From assembly GCA_043228905.1 (NCBI GenBank), contig JBHGNT010000010.1:15128001-15192000 (forward strand): DNA of 64,000 nt, given 5' to 3'. Positions 47,634-59,864 of this stretch are shown one piece after another. The notes below the pieces were generated by a model that ran no database searches, was not told the origin of the DNA, and saw nothing but the letters and a program-made list of their open reading frames with translations. The stretch comes from Azolla caroliniana (lineage: Eukaryota; Plantae; Polypodiophyta). Position 1 is the first letter of the stretch. Each line of letters starts with the position of its first letter. The position numbers and the translations under genes were made by a program.

Positions 47634-50600
47634 TGTAAAGAATCAAGAGATGGATTCTTGTGAAGCGGAATAGGTGTGAACTGTGTGTGTATGTGTGTGT
47701 ATGAGAGAGAGACAGAGAGAGACAGAGACAGAGTATACGCAAGGTTAAGTATATTAACAAAGGAGAAAGACTCAACATTATACAAGATGGGAGGAGGGTG
47801 CTTTATGTAGTCACCCTCTCTCTTCATTAACTACAAGGTTCATGGAGCATGGGGAATGTGAAAGCTCATAAGTTATGTGTCATAGAATATGATTCTATGA
47901 CTCATACTAAATGCTAGAATACAAGTGGTGACATAATGGTGACTCTTGACCGTTGGAGTGTCTCTTCACTCTCAAGGTGAGTTCACACACTAGACCAAGT
48001 TGAGCTTGATTCTCAACACGCCCCCTCAAGCTCAAGTCGGGTCGGTTTCATACGGTATCCGAAATCCGCTTCAACTTGTGTTCCGGAGTCTGCATCGACT
48101 CGCGTCAGCTCGTTTTATGCGAAGTTGCGGAATCCGTGCTCCAGCTTGCGTTGTGCGTAGTTACGAAGTTTGTGCTTCGGCTTGCGTGCGTAGTTGTGAA
48201 GTCTGTGCTTCGGCTTGCGTCTTTCTTCGCGGCTTTGCGCGGTAGATTGGCTCTTTGCTTCTACGGTGTGTGGTTGCGGAATCTACGCGTTATTGCATAG
48301 TGTCTTCAGTACTCCCCCTCAAGCTTGGTTGGTCAGGGATCGTCAATCCAAGATCGGTCATGAATTGCCATAGCTTATCGGCTCCTAAGGCTTTAGTGAA
48401 GATGTCGGCCATTTGAAGATTGGTGCTAATGTGTTGTAGGTCGACATCGCCAGCCAAAACGCGTTCTCGAATGAAGTGATAGTGCACTTTGATGTGCTTT
48501 GTCCATGCGTGGAACACTGGGTTCCAAGCCAGATAGATATTGCTCATGTTGTCGCAGTAAAGGGAAGTTGGATCCTTGATGGGTACGCCCAGTTCCTTCA
48601 AAATCCTCTTGAGCCATACGGCTTCACACGCAGCTACGGTTACGCCCCTGTATTCCGCCTCCGTACTCGAAAGAGCAACGGTGGGCTGCTTCTTGCTACT
48701 CCAGGATATTGCTCCACTACCGAGGGAGAAAACAAATCTGGAGGTTGATCTTCTATCGGCTTTGTAGCCGGCCTAATCGGCGTTTGTGTACCCCTCGAGT
48801 CATATTGGCATCGTGGTCTTGTAGAGGATGCCGCAATCCATTGTGTCGCTCACGTATCGTAGAACTCGCTTAGCGCAATCCAAGAGAGTATCACGCAGTG
48901 TTTGCATGAATTGGCTAAGGAGACCGACCGGATAACTGAGATCTGATCGTGTGATCGTGAGGTAGATGAGACTCCCGATGAGTTGCCGATACTGAGTCGG
49001 CTCACACGCTTTGGTGCCGGCGTTCGCATCTAGTTTGAGATTTCGATCGAGCGAGGTTGTCACAGATTTGCACTCGGCCATCCTGAACTTGTATAACAAG
49101 TTGAGGATGTAGTGTCGTTGTCGCGTTGTTACGCGCGTGCGTGGAGAAACGAGGCGGGACCACCGGGGTCTTGAACCGAAGAGCAGGTGATAGAAGGGGA
49201 AAGAGAAAGAGAGAGACGCCCGGTCACGTATGAGCAAAGAGACACAGGGGGGGCACGGCCCGTCAACACAGAAGACGCGAATGGACACAGAGACAGGGAG
49301 ACACAAGTGTTTGTATATTAACGAATATCAAATACACAACAGAGCATGCGAGCGGTTACAACCGAACAGGCCGGCGAACAGATGCCGATGGATGTTCGTC
49401 TGCGCACGAAAGGAGAAAAGGCTGGAGGTGTTGCCGGAAGCACACGGGCATTCTTCAAAGCAGCGCGAGCCTCCCAAAACCCTGCAAAGAAGAGCGATGG
49501 AGAACGAACAGAGGAAAAGCGTTCGGTTCCGGTCCGACAGCACTTCGTCCTCCTTAATGCGTGATCCCTTTCTCCCTGCGTCTCCCTCTCCTTTATAGCT
49601 TCAAGAAGGGAGTCGTCTCCCTCATTTATTTCCTACCTACCGAATCTAACTACCCGGATATGCCTTTGTACTTAATTCCCTATTATATACATTAAGGGCG
49701 CGCACACGTGAAGAGCCGGTTCACGCGCTCTATGCACCGATTGCGCCAAGGGACGGTTTTCTTCACGACATCCGCCCCCACCTAACCGCGCATCCACCGG
49801 TATGCGCCAAAATTGTGCTCTGGTTGGAGAAAACCGGTCCGAGTTCCGGTTCTTCGTCCATCGGTTCGTCCTCCGTTTCGGACTGTTCATCGTCGATGTC
49901 CAGGCCTCTTAGATCCGGTTCGCCGTCGTGGCGCTTCTTGAACGCTTTGATCCGCTTCCCTGCTACCGGTATCGCCATCCTCGTACCGTCGAGTTCCGCT
50001 AGGTGATACGTCTCGTTGTCGTTGGCGCTCGTCACCACGTAAGGCCCGAACCACCGCTTTGCAAACTTCCGTGTTGCCCGGTGCTGGTTGTCGAGGCTGT
50101 TGTCGTAAACTAGCACCCAGTCGCCTTCCTCGATTTTCTTTGGCCGGAGCCGGTGCGTTCGGTCAAACCGGGCTTTGTTCTTCATCCTCGCCGCCCGAAG
50201 TCTCTCCGTCGCTCGTTCCACGTCCTCTGGCCTCTGCTCGAGCTATCGTATACGCACGGCTAGCAGTTCTTCCCGACTCATCTCGTCTCTCCAGTCTACT
50301 GTCGCCCAAGAAGAGATCGTCTGTTCCATCGGCATGATCGGTTTCTATCCGAACATGAGCTTTGACGGCATGAACCCGGTTACCGAACTGTGCGTTGTCC
50401 GGTCCGCCCACAAGGCATAAGGTAATAGTCGTGGCCAGTTCCCGACCTGGCCTCTGCATGCCCGGACTAGCGCTTTGCCTATCGGTCCGTGTCCGCGCTC
50501 CGCCTTCCCATTCGCCTCCGGATTGTACGTTGTGGTGAGCCAGAGCTTGACCCCTAACCGGTCGAACAGCTCCTCGGCCTCTCCGGCGTCCAATTCCCCG

Positions 50601-51969
50601 CGGTCAGCCACGATCTTCCCGACGCACCCGTACCGGCATATCACGTCCTCGATCAGGAACCGACACACGGCCGCGGTCGTTTTGTTCTGCAGGGCTCGGC
50701 CTTCCACCTGGTTCATCAGGTCCTCCCGGGCCAGCACCAGATATCGCATCTGCCCTACGCCCATCGGCATCGTCACCAAATCTACCATCCATTTGAAATG
50801 GATGGCCGGAGGGTAAGTAGGGTGAAGCTCGTCCCGATGTCGGACTATGGAGTGCATCTGACAGCTCTCACAAGTTGTCACGAACCGATGCACGTCCCGG
50901 TACAGTCCCGGCCACCAGCACTTCCCCTTCAGTTTCTCGAACGTGGCCCACGTCCCACGGTGTCCAGCCCAGGGGCTGTCGAGGTAGTACTTCAACAACT
51001 CCTCTTGCTCCTCCTTCATCACCACTACTTGGAGCGGGATGTCGTTTCTCTTCTTCGAGTGCTTCCATAAGTATCCGTCCTGGAGAAAGAATCGGTATGC
51101 TTTCTTTCGGATCCAGTTGGCCTCGTTCTTGGTCCATGATGCGTCCGGCGTCATCGTCCTCAAGAATCCCCCAATCTGCAGCCACTCCCTGTTGTACTTG
51201 CTCTCGTCGAAATCGTTAAGCGCCGGAGTGCTCCCTCCCTCGGTTGTTACGTAACCCGCCTCGAAGAAGTTTACGCCGACTTCCTCGTCCTCCGAAACCA
51301 TGTTGCCCTCATCGTCGAATCGCGCTGTCGTGAAGATTTTCGGCAATAGTGTGAAAATCCTATAAAACGTACGAAATCGAGTATGAATCACGTAGTACAA
51401 TAATTGTGAAGATAACATTTTAAATAGATTTAATATCTAAGTACAAAATGATGGAGGTTTCGAATGCACTTTATTACATGAGAAACGGACAACTAAATGT
51501 CAAGATATGAGGGTATAAAGTTTGTAAAAGGAAAGGAGAAAATTGTGAGATATCCCACATAGGCATGACAAATACAGCTCTCATCATATATAAGGTGGAG
51601 CAAAAGATATTATCTTTGTGTCTATGTGTGGAGCATAGAGAGTTCAAGGTAACTTGAACTAAGAGTGGAGGTGGGCTAGCTACTTGTAAAGGGTTTTGGC
51701 CAACCAAAACCGGACCGGCGATAGAGCCGATGATCCGACGGCATCCGGCACCGGTAACCGATGGTATCCGGCGAGGCACCGGTAACCGACGGCATCCGAC
51801 GGCGGCATCTGGAGAACCGACGTCCGGTGACTAGATAAATAAATATATAAATATATATACATATTTACATATACAAGGAGGGCAAGTAAGGATTCGAACC
51901 TTGCACCTCCAAGTTAGGAGTCAAATGGCTTACCATTAAGCCATGCTATTTAATTGAAATTATATTTCT

Positions 51970-54900
51970 TGTTGGGATTACGGTCCCTTCGGATGGGATG
52001 GACGGATCCGGTTTCGGTTCCGGATCCGGATGACGAAGACCCCGGTTTCGGTATCGGATGACGAATGTACCCGGAGAGCGATCCGGATGCAGGGACATAT
52101 CCGTGAATATGTTCGCTATGGGCCCCTGAGGCTACAGTTGTAAATAGCCCAAAGTCATATGAGTATAAATATGACTTAGGGCAAACTGTTTTGTCGTTGC
52201 TTCTCATTTTTCTGTTTTTCCACTCAAGAGGAGTGAAGTGTGAGCAGCCGTGAGAGAGAGAGAGAGATAGAGCGCGAGAGAGGAAGAGGTAGACGCCTCT
52301 GTGTATTTCCGCCGCCTGTGGCGAGGACAGCGAGCTTAAGGTCGTCGCCTTGTAGCTCGCCATTGTATACTTCTCTATATAGTGTTGATTTGGAGTCTTG
52401 TACTCCCGTGGTTTTTCCCGTCTAGGGTTTTCCACGTTAATCCCTGTGTACCCACGTTTTGTTTCTCACTGTGGTTCCTATTTTCTGCTCCATCCATTCG
52501 CGCTTACTCGGTTGTGGCTGAGTGGTGAAGGTGAATAGAAGCGTCTATTCCCAACAATCTGGTATCAGAGCGAGGTTGCAGAAAATGGAAGGCGGCGGCA
52601 GCGGGCAGCCGGGGATGATGGTGCTGAATGCACAGAATTACGCCGACTGGAAGATCAAGATGGAGGATCTTCTGATTGTTCGGGACCTGTACGAACCGAT
52701 TGACAGGTCGGAAATACCGAAAGGGGTACTTGAGTCGGAATGGAGGCTTCTGAACCGGAAAGCCGTTGCAACCATTCGGCAATACGTCGACGTGAGCGTC
52801 CTACAACATGTGGCAAACGACACCAACGCATATGAAATGTGGAAGAAGCTGTCGGGCCTCTACGAGAGGAAGAATGCGTTGAACCGGACCTCCCTGATGA
52901 GGAAGATTGTGAATCTCAAGTACCGGGACGGCGAGAGTATGGTGGAACACGTAAGCACGTTCATGGGATTCGTGAATCAGCTTGCGGCAATCAAGTTCCC
53001 GTTGGAGGATGCAATGCAAGCCATCATCCTGATGTGTACATTGCCGGATAGCTGGGAGAACTTGGTGGTGACTCTCAGCACCTCCTGCACCGAAGATAAC
53101 TTGTCCTTACAAACGGTAAAGACAAGTATTTTGAACGAAGAAGCGCGTCGGAGAGATAAAGAACCGACCTCCGACTCGAAGGCGCTGCTTACCGAATCGG
53201 ATCGGGGAAGACAATGGAACCGGAGTCCGCAAAGACGAGAGAAGTCGGGGACCCGGTCGCAGTCAAGAGGAAGGCCCACATGCTTCCACTGTGGGAAGCC
53301 GGGGCACTTCCGAAAGAATTGTCGGCATTACCGAAAAGACAACGGAGCCGACGACACCGATTCGAAGAAGTCACCGGAGAGAAACGGTGCATACCGGGGA
53401 GCCACGGACCGGAGAGGTTCGGATCGGCGAGGTCAGGACCGGAAAGGAACAACGGCACTCGCGGCAAGCGAGGAAGAAATCATGCTCATCACCGAAGAAG
53501 GTGAACTAAACATTGCCGGCGATGAGACGACCTGGGTGGTCGATTCCGGAGCATCGTTCCATCTGACCCCGGAGAGAAGATACTTCTCATCCTACACAGC
53601 CGGCGAGCATGGCTGTGTCCGGATGGGAAACGAAGGTACGTGCCGGATTGCCGGCATAGGAGACGTGTGGCTGACAACCCCGACCGGATGCAAAATGCTG
53701 CTGAAGAATGTCCGACACGTTCCGGAGGTCCGACTGAACCTGATTTCGGCCGGGAGGCTAGATGATGAAGGCTACACGGGTACCATCCGGAACGGTGCCA
53801 TGAAATTCAGCAAGGGGAGCTTGATAGTGGCTCGTGCCCGGAAGGTCAACACACTGTACCTGATGAATGCCTGGTTATGTCCGGAAGAGCTGAATGTGGC
53901 AGCCGACACTGCCGGTAAGCTGTGGCACAAAAGACTGTGCCACATGAGTGAGAAGGGGATGAAGAGGCTTGCAGAAGACAACCTTATCCCAGTGAAGCAT
54001 GTGCACCTGGAGAAGTGCACCGATTGCCTGGCCGGTAAACAGAACCGAACCTCCTTCCACTCAAGGCCACCGACGAGACGCAGTGCACCATTGGAGTTGG
54101 TGCACACGGATGTGTGTCAAGTAGAAACGAAGTCACATGGCGGAGCCCAGTACTTCGTGACATTCATTGATGACCACAGCCGGAAGCTGTGGACAGCACC
54201 GTTGAAGACAAAGGACCAAGTGTTGTGCGTTTTCAAAGACCTCCACGCGAGAGTGGAGAGAGAATCAGGCAAGAAGCTGAAAGCGATACGAGCGGATAAC
54301 GGAGGGGAATACCGGGGGCAGTTCCAGGAGTACTGTCGCTCGAAGGGAATCCGACTCGAGTTTACTGTGCCGAAGACGCCGGAACTGAACGGGCTGGCCG
54401 AGAGGATGAACCGGACCATAATGGAGAGGGTCCGGAGTATGCTGGCCCATGCGAAATTACCCAAGGGGTTTTGGGCTGAGGCAATGTCGACGGCGACATA
54501 CGTGATAAACAGATCACCCTCAGTACCTTTGGACGGAGACACGCCGCAGAAAGTGTGGACCGGTAAGGAAGTGTCCTACCGGCATCTGAAGGTGTTCGGG
54601 TGTCTCGCATACGTGCATGTGGCAAAGGACCGGAGAGGAAAGCTAGATCCAAAGACCCGGCCATGCATATTCCTCGGTTACGGCGACGACGAGTTCGGCT
54701 ACCGAGTATGGGACCCGGTCGACAAGAAGATATTCAGGAGTCGAGACATCATCTTCATGGAGGACAAGACACTCGCCGACTGGGAGTCGGAGAAAAAGAT
54801 GAAGAGCTCCAAGTCGACCAGTGAGGATCAACTCTACGAGGAGCAGTCCCGACCGGCAAGGGACCGGTTAGCACTCGAGGATCCGGCCGAAGACGGTGAA

Positions 54901-57255
54901 GAAACAGAACCGGCCGAAGAAGACGAAAATGATACCGGAACCGGCCCCGATCCCGAAATGGATTCGGATGAAGAAGAATCGGAAGAACCGGTTACCGAAG
55001 CCCCGGAACGGAGATATCCTCTAAGAGAGAGAAGGGCCCCCCGGAGATTTCCGGAACCAGAGCACGTGCTGCTAACCGACGAGGGGGAGCCGGAGAGCTT
55101 TGAAGAAGCAAAGCATGACACCCAGAGCCGCAGGTGGTTGAGTGCCATGCAGGACGAGATGGATTCCCTGCATGAGAACCACACATTTGAACTTGTGGAG
55201 TTGCCGAAAGGAAAACGGGCACTCCGTAACAAGTGGGTGTTCAAGCTGAAACCGGGAGATGCCGGAAACCCCCCGAGATACAAAGCCAGGATCGTGGTGA
55301 AGGGGTTTCAGCAGAAGAAGGGCGTCGACTTCGACGAGATATTTGCCCCGGTAGTGAAGATGACCTCCATCCGGACGGTGCTGAGCATAGCGGCAAGCAT
55401 GGATCTCGAGGTAGAACAGATGGACGTGAAGACGGCATTCCTTCACGGTGACCTCGAAGAAGAGATCTACATGCAGCAACCGGAAGGATTCGAGAAGAAA
55501 GGGAAGGAGCACCTGGTATGCCGGTTGAAGAAGAGCCTTTACGGACTGAAGCAGGCTCCCCGGCAATGGTACCGGAAGTTCGACTCCTTCATGACCGACG
55601 AAGGGTACCTCAAAACGCAGTCCGACCACTGCGTGTTTGTGAAGAAGTTCGAAGGAGGAGACTCTCTAATACTTCTCCTGTACGTGGACGACATGTTGAT
55701 CGTCGGACGGGACCAGGTCAAGATACGGATGCTGAAGAAGGCTCTTCACCGAACCTTCTCAATGAAGGACCTGGGTCCGGCGAGGCAAATACTAGGGATG
55801 CACATCATCCGAGACCGGAAGAAGAAGCAGTTGTGGCTGTCACAGGAGAAGTACGTGACGAAGGTGCTTCACCGGTTCAACATGTCGGAAGCGAGACCGG
55901 TCGGATCGTCCCTCCCGACAAACTGCAAGCTGTCCAGCAAGCAAAGTCCCAAGACAAAGGCTGAAAAGGAGGATATGATGAAAGTGCCATATGCCTCAGC
56001 CGTCGGGAGCTTGATGTACGCCATGGTGTGTACGAGACCGGACATCGGATATGCAGTCGGAGTGGTGAGCCGGTACATGAGCAATCCCGGCAAAGAGCAT
56101 TGGAACGCGGCCAAATGGATACTCCGATACCTGAAGGGCACAGCAAACGTGTGCCTCCGATTCGGCTCCGGAAAGCCCGAACTCGACGGCTTTACCGATT
56201 CGGATATGTCGGCTGATGCAGATACCAGCCGGTCCACATCAGGGCATGTGATGACGTATGCAGGGGGAGTTGTTTCATGGCAGTCGAGGCTGCAGAAGAC
56301 GGTTGCGCTGTCAACCACGGAGGCGGAGTACATGGCGGCTGTCGAAGCCGGCAAGGAAATAATATGGATGAAGGACTTCATTAGAGAGCTCGGTATCCGG
56401 CAGGAGGAGTACCGACTCTACTGCGACAGTCAGAGTGCAATCCACCTTGCTAAGAACGCGGCCTATCACTCCCGGACGAAGCACATCCAGCGAAGATATC
56501 ACTGGATCCGGGAAAGGATAGAAGACAAGGAGTTCGTGCTGACGAAGATCCACACGGACGAGAACGGGTCGGATATGCTGACCAAGGTGCTCACACCCGA
56601 CAAGCTGGAAGCATGCCGGAAGAGGATCGGATTGGAGAGACATCCCATGCCGAAGTGAAGGGGGAGTTTGTTGGGATTACGGTCCCTTCGGATGGGATGG
56701 ACGGATCCGGTTTCGGTTCCGGATCCGGATGACGAAGACCCCGGTTTCGGTATCGGATGACGAATGTACCCGGAGAGCGATCCGGATGCAGGGACATATC
56801 CGTGAATATGTTCGCTATGGGCCCCTGAGGCTACAGTTGTAAATAGCCCAAAGTCATATGAGTATAAATATGACTTAGGGCAAACTGTTTTGTCGTTGCT
56901 TCTCATTTTTCTGTTTTTCCACTCAAGAGGAGTGAAGTGTGAGCAGCCGTGAGAGAGAGAGAGAGATAGAGCGCGAGAGAGGAAGAGGTAGACGCCTCTG
57001 TGTATTTCCGCCGCCTGTGGCGAGGACAGCGAGCTTAAGGTCGTCGCCTTGTAGCTCGCCATTGTATACTTCTCTGTATAGTGTTGATTTGGAGTCTTGT
57101 ACTCCCGTGGTTTTTCCCGTCTAGGGTTTTCCACGTTAATCCCTGTGTACCCACGTTTTGTTTCTCACTGTGGTTCCTATTTTCTGCTCCATCCATTCAC
57201 GCTTACTCGGTTGTGGCTGAGTGGTGAAGGTGAATAGAAGCGTCTATTCCCAACA
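51970..57255 (+). mobile_element. Element M: intact, very recent Ty1/Copia
   Basis: 587-bp LTRs 51970-52556 and 56669-57255 (2 mismatches seen); TSD TTTCT; iMet PBS TGGTATCAGAGC at 52560; PPT GAAGGGGGAG. Confidence 0.97.
52585..56658 (+). CDS. gag-pol: Gag-Pol polyprotein (gag, zinc knuckle, PR, IN, RT, RH), 1357 aa
   Basis: Uninterrupted ORF: CFHCGKPGHFRKNC, VDSGAS, HTD...ADNGGE...AER, LYVDD and FTDSD. Confidence 0.96.
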   Translation: MEGGGSGQPGMMVLNAQNYADWKIKMEDLLIVRDLYEPIDRSEIPKGVLESEWRLLNRKAVATIRQYVDVSVLQHVANDTNAYEMWKKLSGLYERKNALNRTSLMRKIVNLKYRDGESMVEHVSTFMGFVNQLAAIKFPLEDAMQAIILMCTLPDSWENLVVTLSTSCTEDNLSLQTVKTSILNEEARRRDKEPTSDSKALLTESDRGRQWNRSPQRREKSGTRSQSRGRPTCFHCGKPGHFRKNCRHYRKDNGADDTDSKKSPERNGAYRGATDRRGSDRRGQDRKGTTALAASEEEIMLITEEGELNIAGDETTWVVDSGASFHLTPERRYFSSYTAGEHGCVRMGNEGTCRIAGIGDVWLTTPTGCKMLLKNVRHVPEVRLNLISAGRLDDEGYTGTIRNGAMKFSKGSLIVARARKVNTLYLMNAWLCPEELNVAADTAGKLWHKRLCHMSEKGMKRLAEDNLIPVKHVHLEKCTDCLAGKQNRTSFHSRPPTRRSAPLELVHTDVCQVETKSHGGAQYFVTFIDDHSRKLWTAPLKTKDQVLCVFKDLHARVERESGKKLKAIRADNGGEYRGQFQEYCRSKGIRLEFTVPKTPELNGLAERMNRTIMERVRSMLAHAKLPKGFWAEAMSTATYVINRSPSVPLDGDTPQKVWTGKEVSYRHLKVFGCLAYVHVAKDRRGKLDPKTRPCIFLGYGDDEFGYRVWDPVDKKIFRSRDIIFMEDKTLADWESEKKMKSSKSTSEDQLYEEQSRPARDRLALEDPAEDGEETEPAEEDENDTGTGPDPEMDSDEEESEEPVTEAPERRYPLRERRAPRRFPEPEHVLLTDEGEPESFEEAKHDTQSRRWLSAMQDEMDSLHENHTFELVELPKGKRALRNKWVFKLKPGDAGNPPRYKARIVVKGFQQKKGVDFDEIFAPVVKMTSIRTVLSIAASMDLEVEQMDVKTAFLHGDLEEEIYMQQPEGFEKKGKEHLVCRLKKSLYGLKQAPRQWYRKFDSFMTDEGYLKTQSDHCVFVKKFEGGDSLILLLYVDDMLIVGRDQVKIRMLKKALHRTFSMKDLGPARQILGMHIIRDRKKKQLWLSQEKYVTKVLHRFNMSEARPVGSSLPTNCKLSSKQSPKTKAEKEDMMKVPYASAVGSLMYAMVCTRPDIGYAVGVVSRYMSNPGKEHWNAAKWILRYLKGTANVCLRFGSGKPELDGFTDSDMSADADTSRSTSGHVMTYAGGVVSWQSRLQKTVALSTTEAEYMAAVEAGKEIIWMKDFIRELGIRQEEYRLYCDSQSAIHLAKNAAYHSRTKHIQRRYHWIRERIEDKEFVLTKIHTDENGSDMLTKVLTPDKLEACRKRIGLERHPMPK

Positions 57256-58563
57256 TTTCTATCATTGTACTTTTACATGTAAATTCTCATACATGAGAAC
57301 TAAAATGAGTGACATGGTTATCATGCACCACATGTAATACATAAGCGCCAAATGGCAAACATGCAATTTATGCATGTCTTGTACCCTCACATGCATCATA
57401 TGCATGAGAGCATCTATAAAAGAGGGAAGGGGGAGGAGAAAAAACACGGTTTTTTTTATGAAAATTAAGAAGAGGAAATTCGTTATCAAATTGATCGTGT
57501 AACTTATTTCTTAAATCTAAAGTTAAAAGTTCAATCAATCTCTCTCAATCGTGTAATCTCAACTTCTCTCTTTCCCAATCTATCTTAAGTACTTTCTCGC
57601 CAAAGTTTGTACCGACTTTGAATCCTTCCGGTCCAGAACCCCGGTGGTTCCGCCTCACGATCCACGCGTAGTGACGGATCTTCACGACAGCGCCCTTGAA
57701 AGCATGTCGGCCATGGCATTGTCTTTCCCGGAAATGTGTCGTATTTCCGGATCCAGGGACTTGATGTACGCTATCCACCTGAGCATTGCCAAGTCCGGGT
57801 TGCGCATCCGGAAACCATACCGAGAATCGGCAGGCAATCCATCTCAATAATCACCTTTATCCCGATCAGATAGTCTTTATCGGCCTTTACCGCCGAAACG
57901 ATACCCTAGAGTTCGCGTTTAACCTGGGCGTATCCTCGCTATCGCTCGCTGAGGACCTTCGCGCCGAACCGGATTGGGAACCGAATGCCGTCCTCGTCTT
58001 CTTGGTTGACGACCCATCCGATCCCGGTCGGACTCGTATCTACCGTTATGTAGATGGGAGTACCTTTCTCGTAGATAGCCTTCCGGAGTGCCGGAGCTGC
58101 AGCAAGAGCCTCCTTCATCTTTCGGACCGACTCCATGTGCTCGTCTCGCCACTCAAATTTTCCCCCTTTTTCAGCAACCCGTATAGTGGCTCGGCAACGT
58201 GGGCGTAATGCGGGATCCATATGTGGTAGAACACGCATGCTCCCAAGAACCTCCGTACCTCCGTGACCGAGTTACAGTCGAGCTTCATTGCGGAGATGGC
58301 TTCCACTTTAGCCGGAGACAGTTTCCGGCCATACGGTCCGCACAGATGTCCGACGACCATGATCTCTGATTGCCCGAAGGCCGATTTCTCCCCGGAGAAG
58401 GTGAGCCTCGCGTCCTCTAGCCTCTGTAGCACCCTCTCGCAGCCGTCAATGTGTGTCGCCACGAATTTCCGGCATCTGTCCGGTCCGATCGTTTCGTCCT
58501 TTTCTTCCACCAGACACCCCTTGATTGGGATGTCGTCCAAGAATGGCATGGTGATGTCCGGGA

Positions 58564-58884
58564 TACAGTCCCTCAGCACCTTGTTCATCGCATTCACCAT
58601 GTGGGCCACCGAGTTCGTCCCTCCTTGTGGCAGGGTACACATCCGCACTAGGCCGAGAGGAGTCTGCATCGTCGTAATGTCTTTGCTCTCTACGGCTAGT
58701 TGGAACTGATCGTACCCCGAGTACAGTCCCTCAGCACCTTGTTCATCGCATTCACCATGTGGGCCACCGAGTTCGTCCCTCCTTGTGGCAGGGTACACAT
58801 CCGCACTAGGCCGAGAGGAGTCTGCATCGTCGTAATGTCTTTGCTCTCTACGGCTAGTTGGAACTGATCGTACCCCGAGTACAG
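58564..58884. repeat. 158-bp tandem duplication within the RT of F
   Basis: Units start at 58564 and 58722, bounded by TACAG microhomology. Confidence 0.9.
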
Positions 58885-59864
58885 ATCCCCGACCGAGTAG
58901 ATCGACCTTCCGGCGAAGGCCTCTGCGAACTCGTCTATCGTTGGTCCGATTCCTGCGTTCCGAATGGTGACTCTGTTGACCGATTGCAGGTCTTGAATGA
59001 AGCGCAACGTCCCGTTCTTCTTCGGTACGGTAAACCACCGGTTCGAGTACGGGGCACTCGACGGTTCGAGGATGCCCATATCGACTTTCTGTCTCAATAG
59101 CTCCATCAGCTCCGAGATGTGAGCTCTCGGTACCGGAATTGGTTTGAGATTCCACGGCACATGCGGTATCGTGAATATCACCATCGGCTTCACGACCGTT
59201 GGGTCTACGCACCCAATCTCTCCCGGTGAGAATGCGAAGGCTTTCCCGTGCCTTTCGAGCATTCTCCGAAACCGGTCTTCTTCCGCCGGTAGTAGGAACC
59301 CGCCCCCACCGATTTTGAGCTCCCGTAGCGTTCTGTCGGTGAAGGTGTGTCCTATGCAGGCCGGATCTCGTAAACTGGGGTCCGACACGACCCCCTTGAT
59401 TCGCAACTCGCTGCCCTCCAGTAAGGGTGCCGCGACTGGCCTTACCTTCTGGTCCACAGTCTTGTACTTCGTGTTAACCCGGGCCGTCTGATCCGACTCG
59501 AGCCCTCGACTGAAGTCCGCGATGACTTCATACATCTCTTCTGAACAAACCGGTATCGTCCGGTCCTCTTTAAGGCCCTCTCCGACCACCTCTCGCAGTA
59601 TTCCCAAGGTATCGTCGAAGGAGACCGCCTCCACAGCTTTGTTGATTTCCTCACTGGGCCCGAGAACTCCGAGTGCCCGAAGTCGCTCTTCTGCCCTTGT
59701 CTTTTCTCGGCCTACGACGCTGACTATCGTACACCCTCCGTTGTCGGAGAAACAAAACTTCCTACTTATGGTACAAGGTTTCTTCGGTTTCGCTTCTATC
59801 GTACATTTGTGGGGTTTTCCCGGAGTGTCTGGACTATTGCGGCCCCACGCCTTGGCAGCCCTCT

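Larger units (their letters stand above)
51326..57689 (+). mobile_element. Solo LTR of the I subfamily (51326-51969 plus 57261-57689), split by Copia M
   Basis: Homologous to 30409-31501; TSD GCGC (51322-51325 and 57690-57693). Confidence 0.93.

Noticed and set aside
1068-51418. Chimeric ORFs such as 1068-1529, 8758-9477, 19861-20532, 39309-39872, 48800-49306 and 50345-51418 as novel fusions
   Set aside because: Each simply reads across an LTR insertion boundary defined by its termini and TSD.
52522-52584. N-terminal extension MVKVNRS... of M's polyprotein
   Set aside because: It begins at a GTG inside the LTR and crosses the PBS; the first ATG is at 52585.
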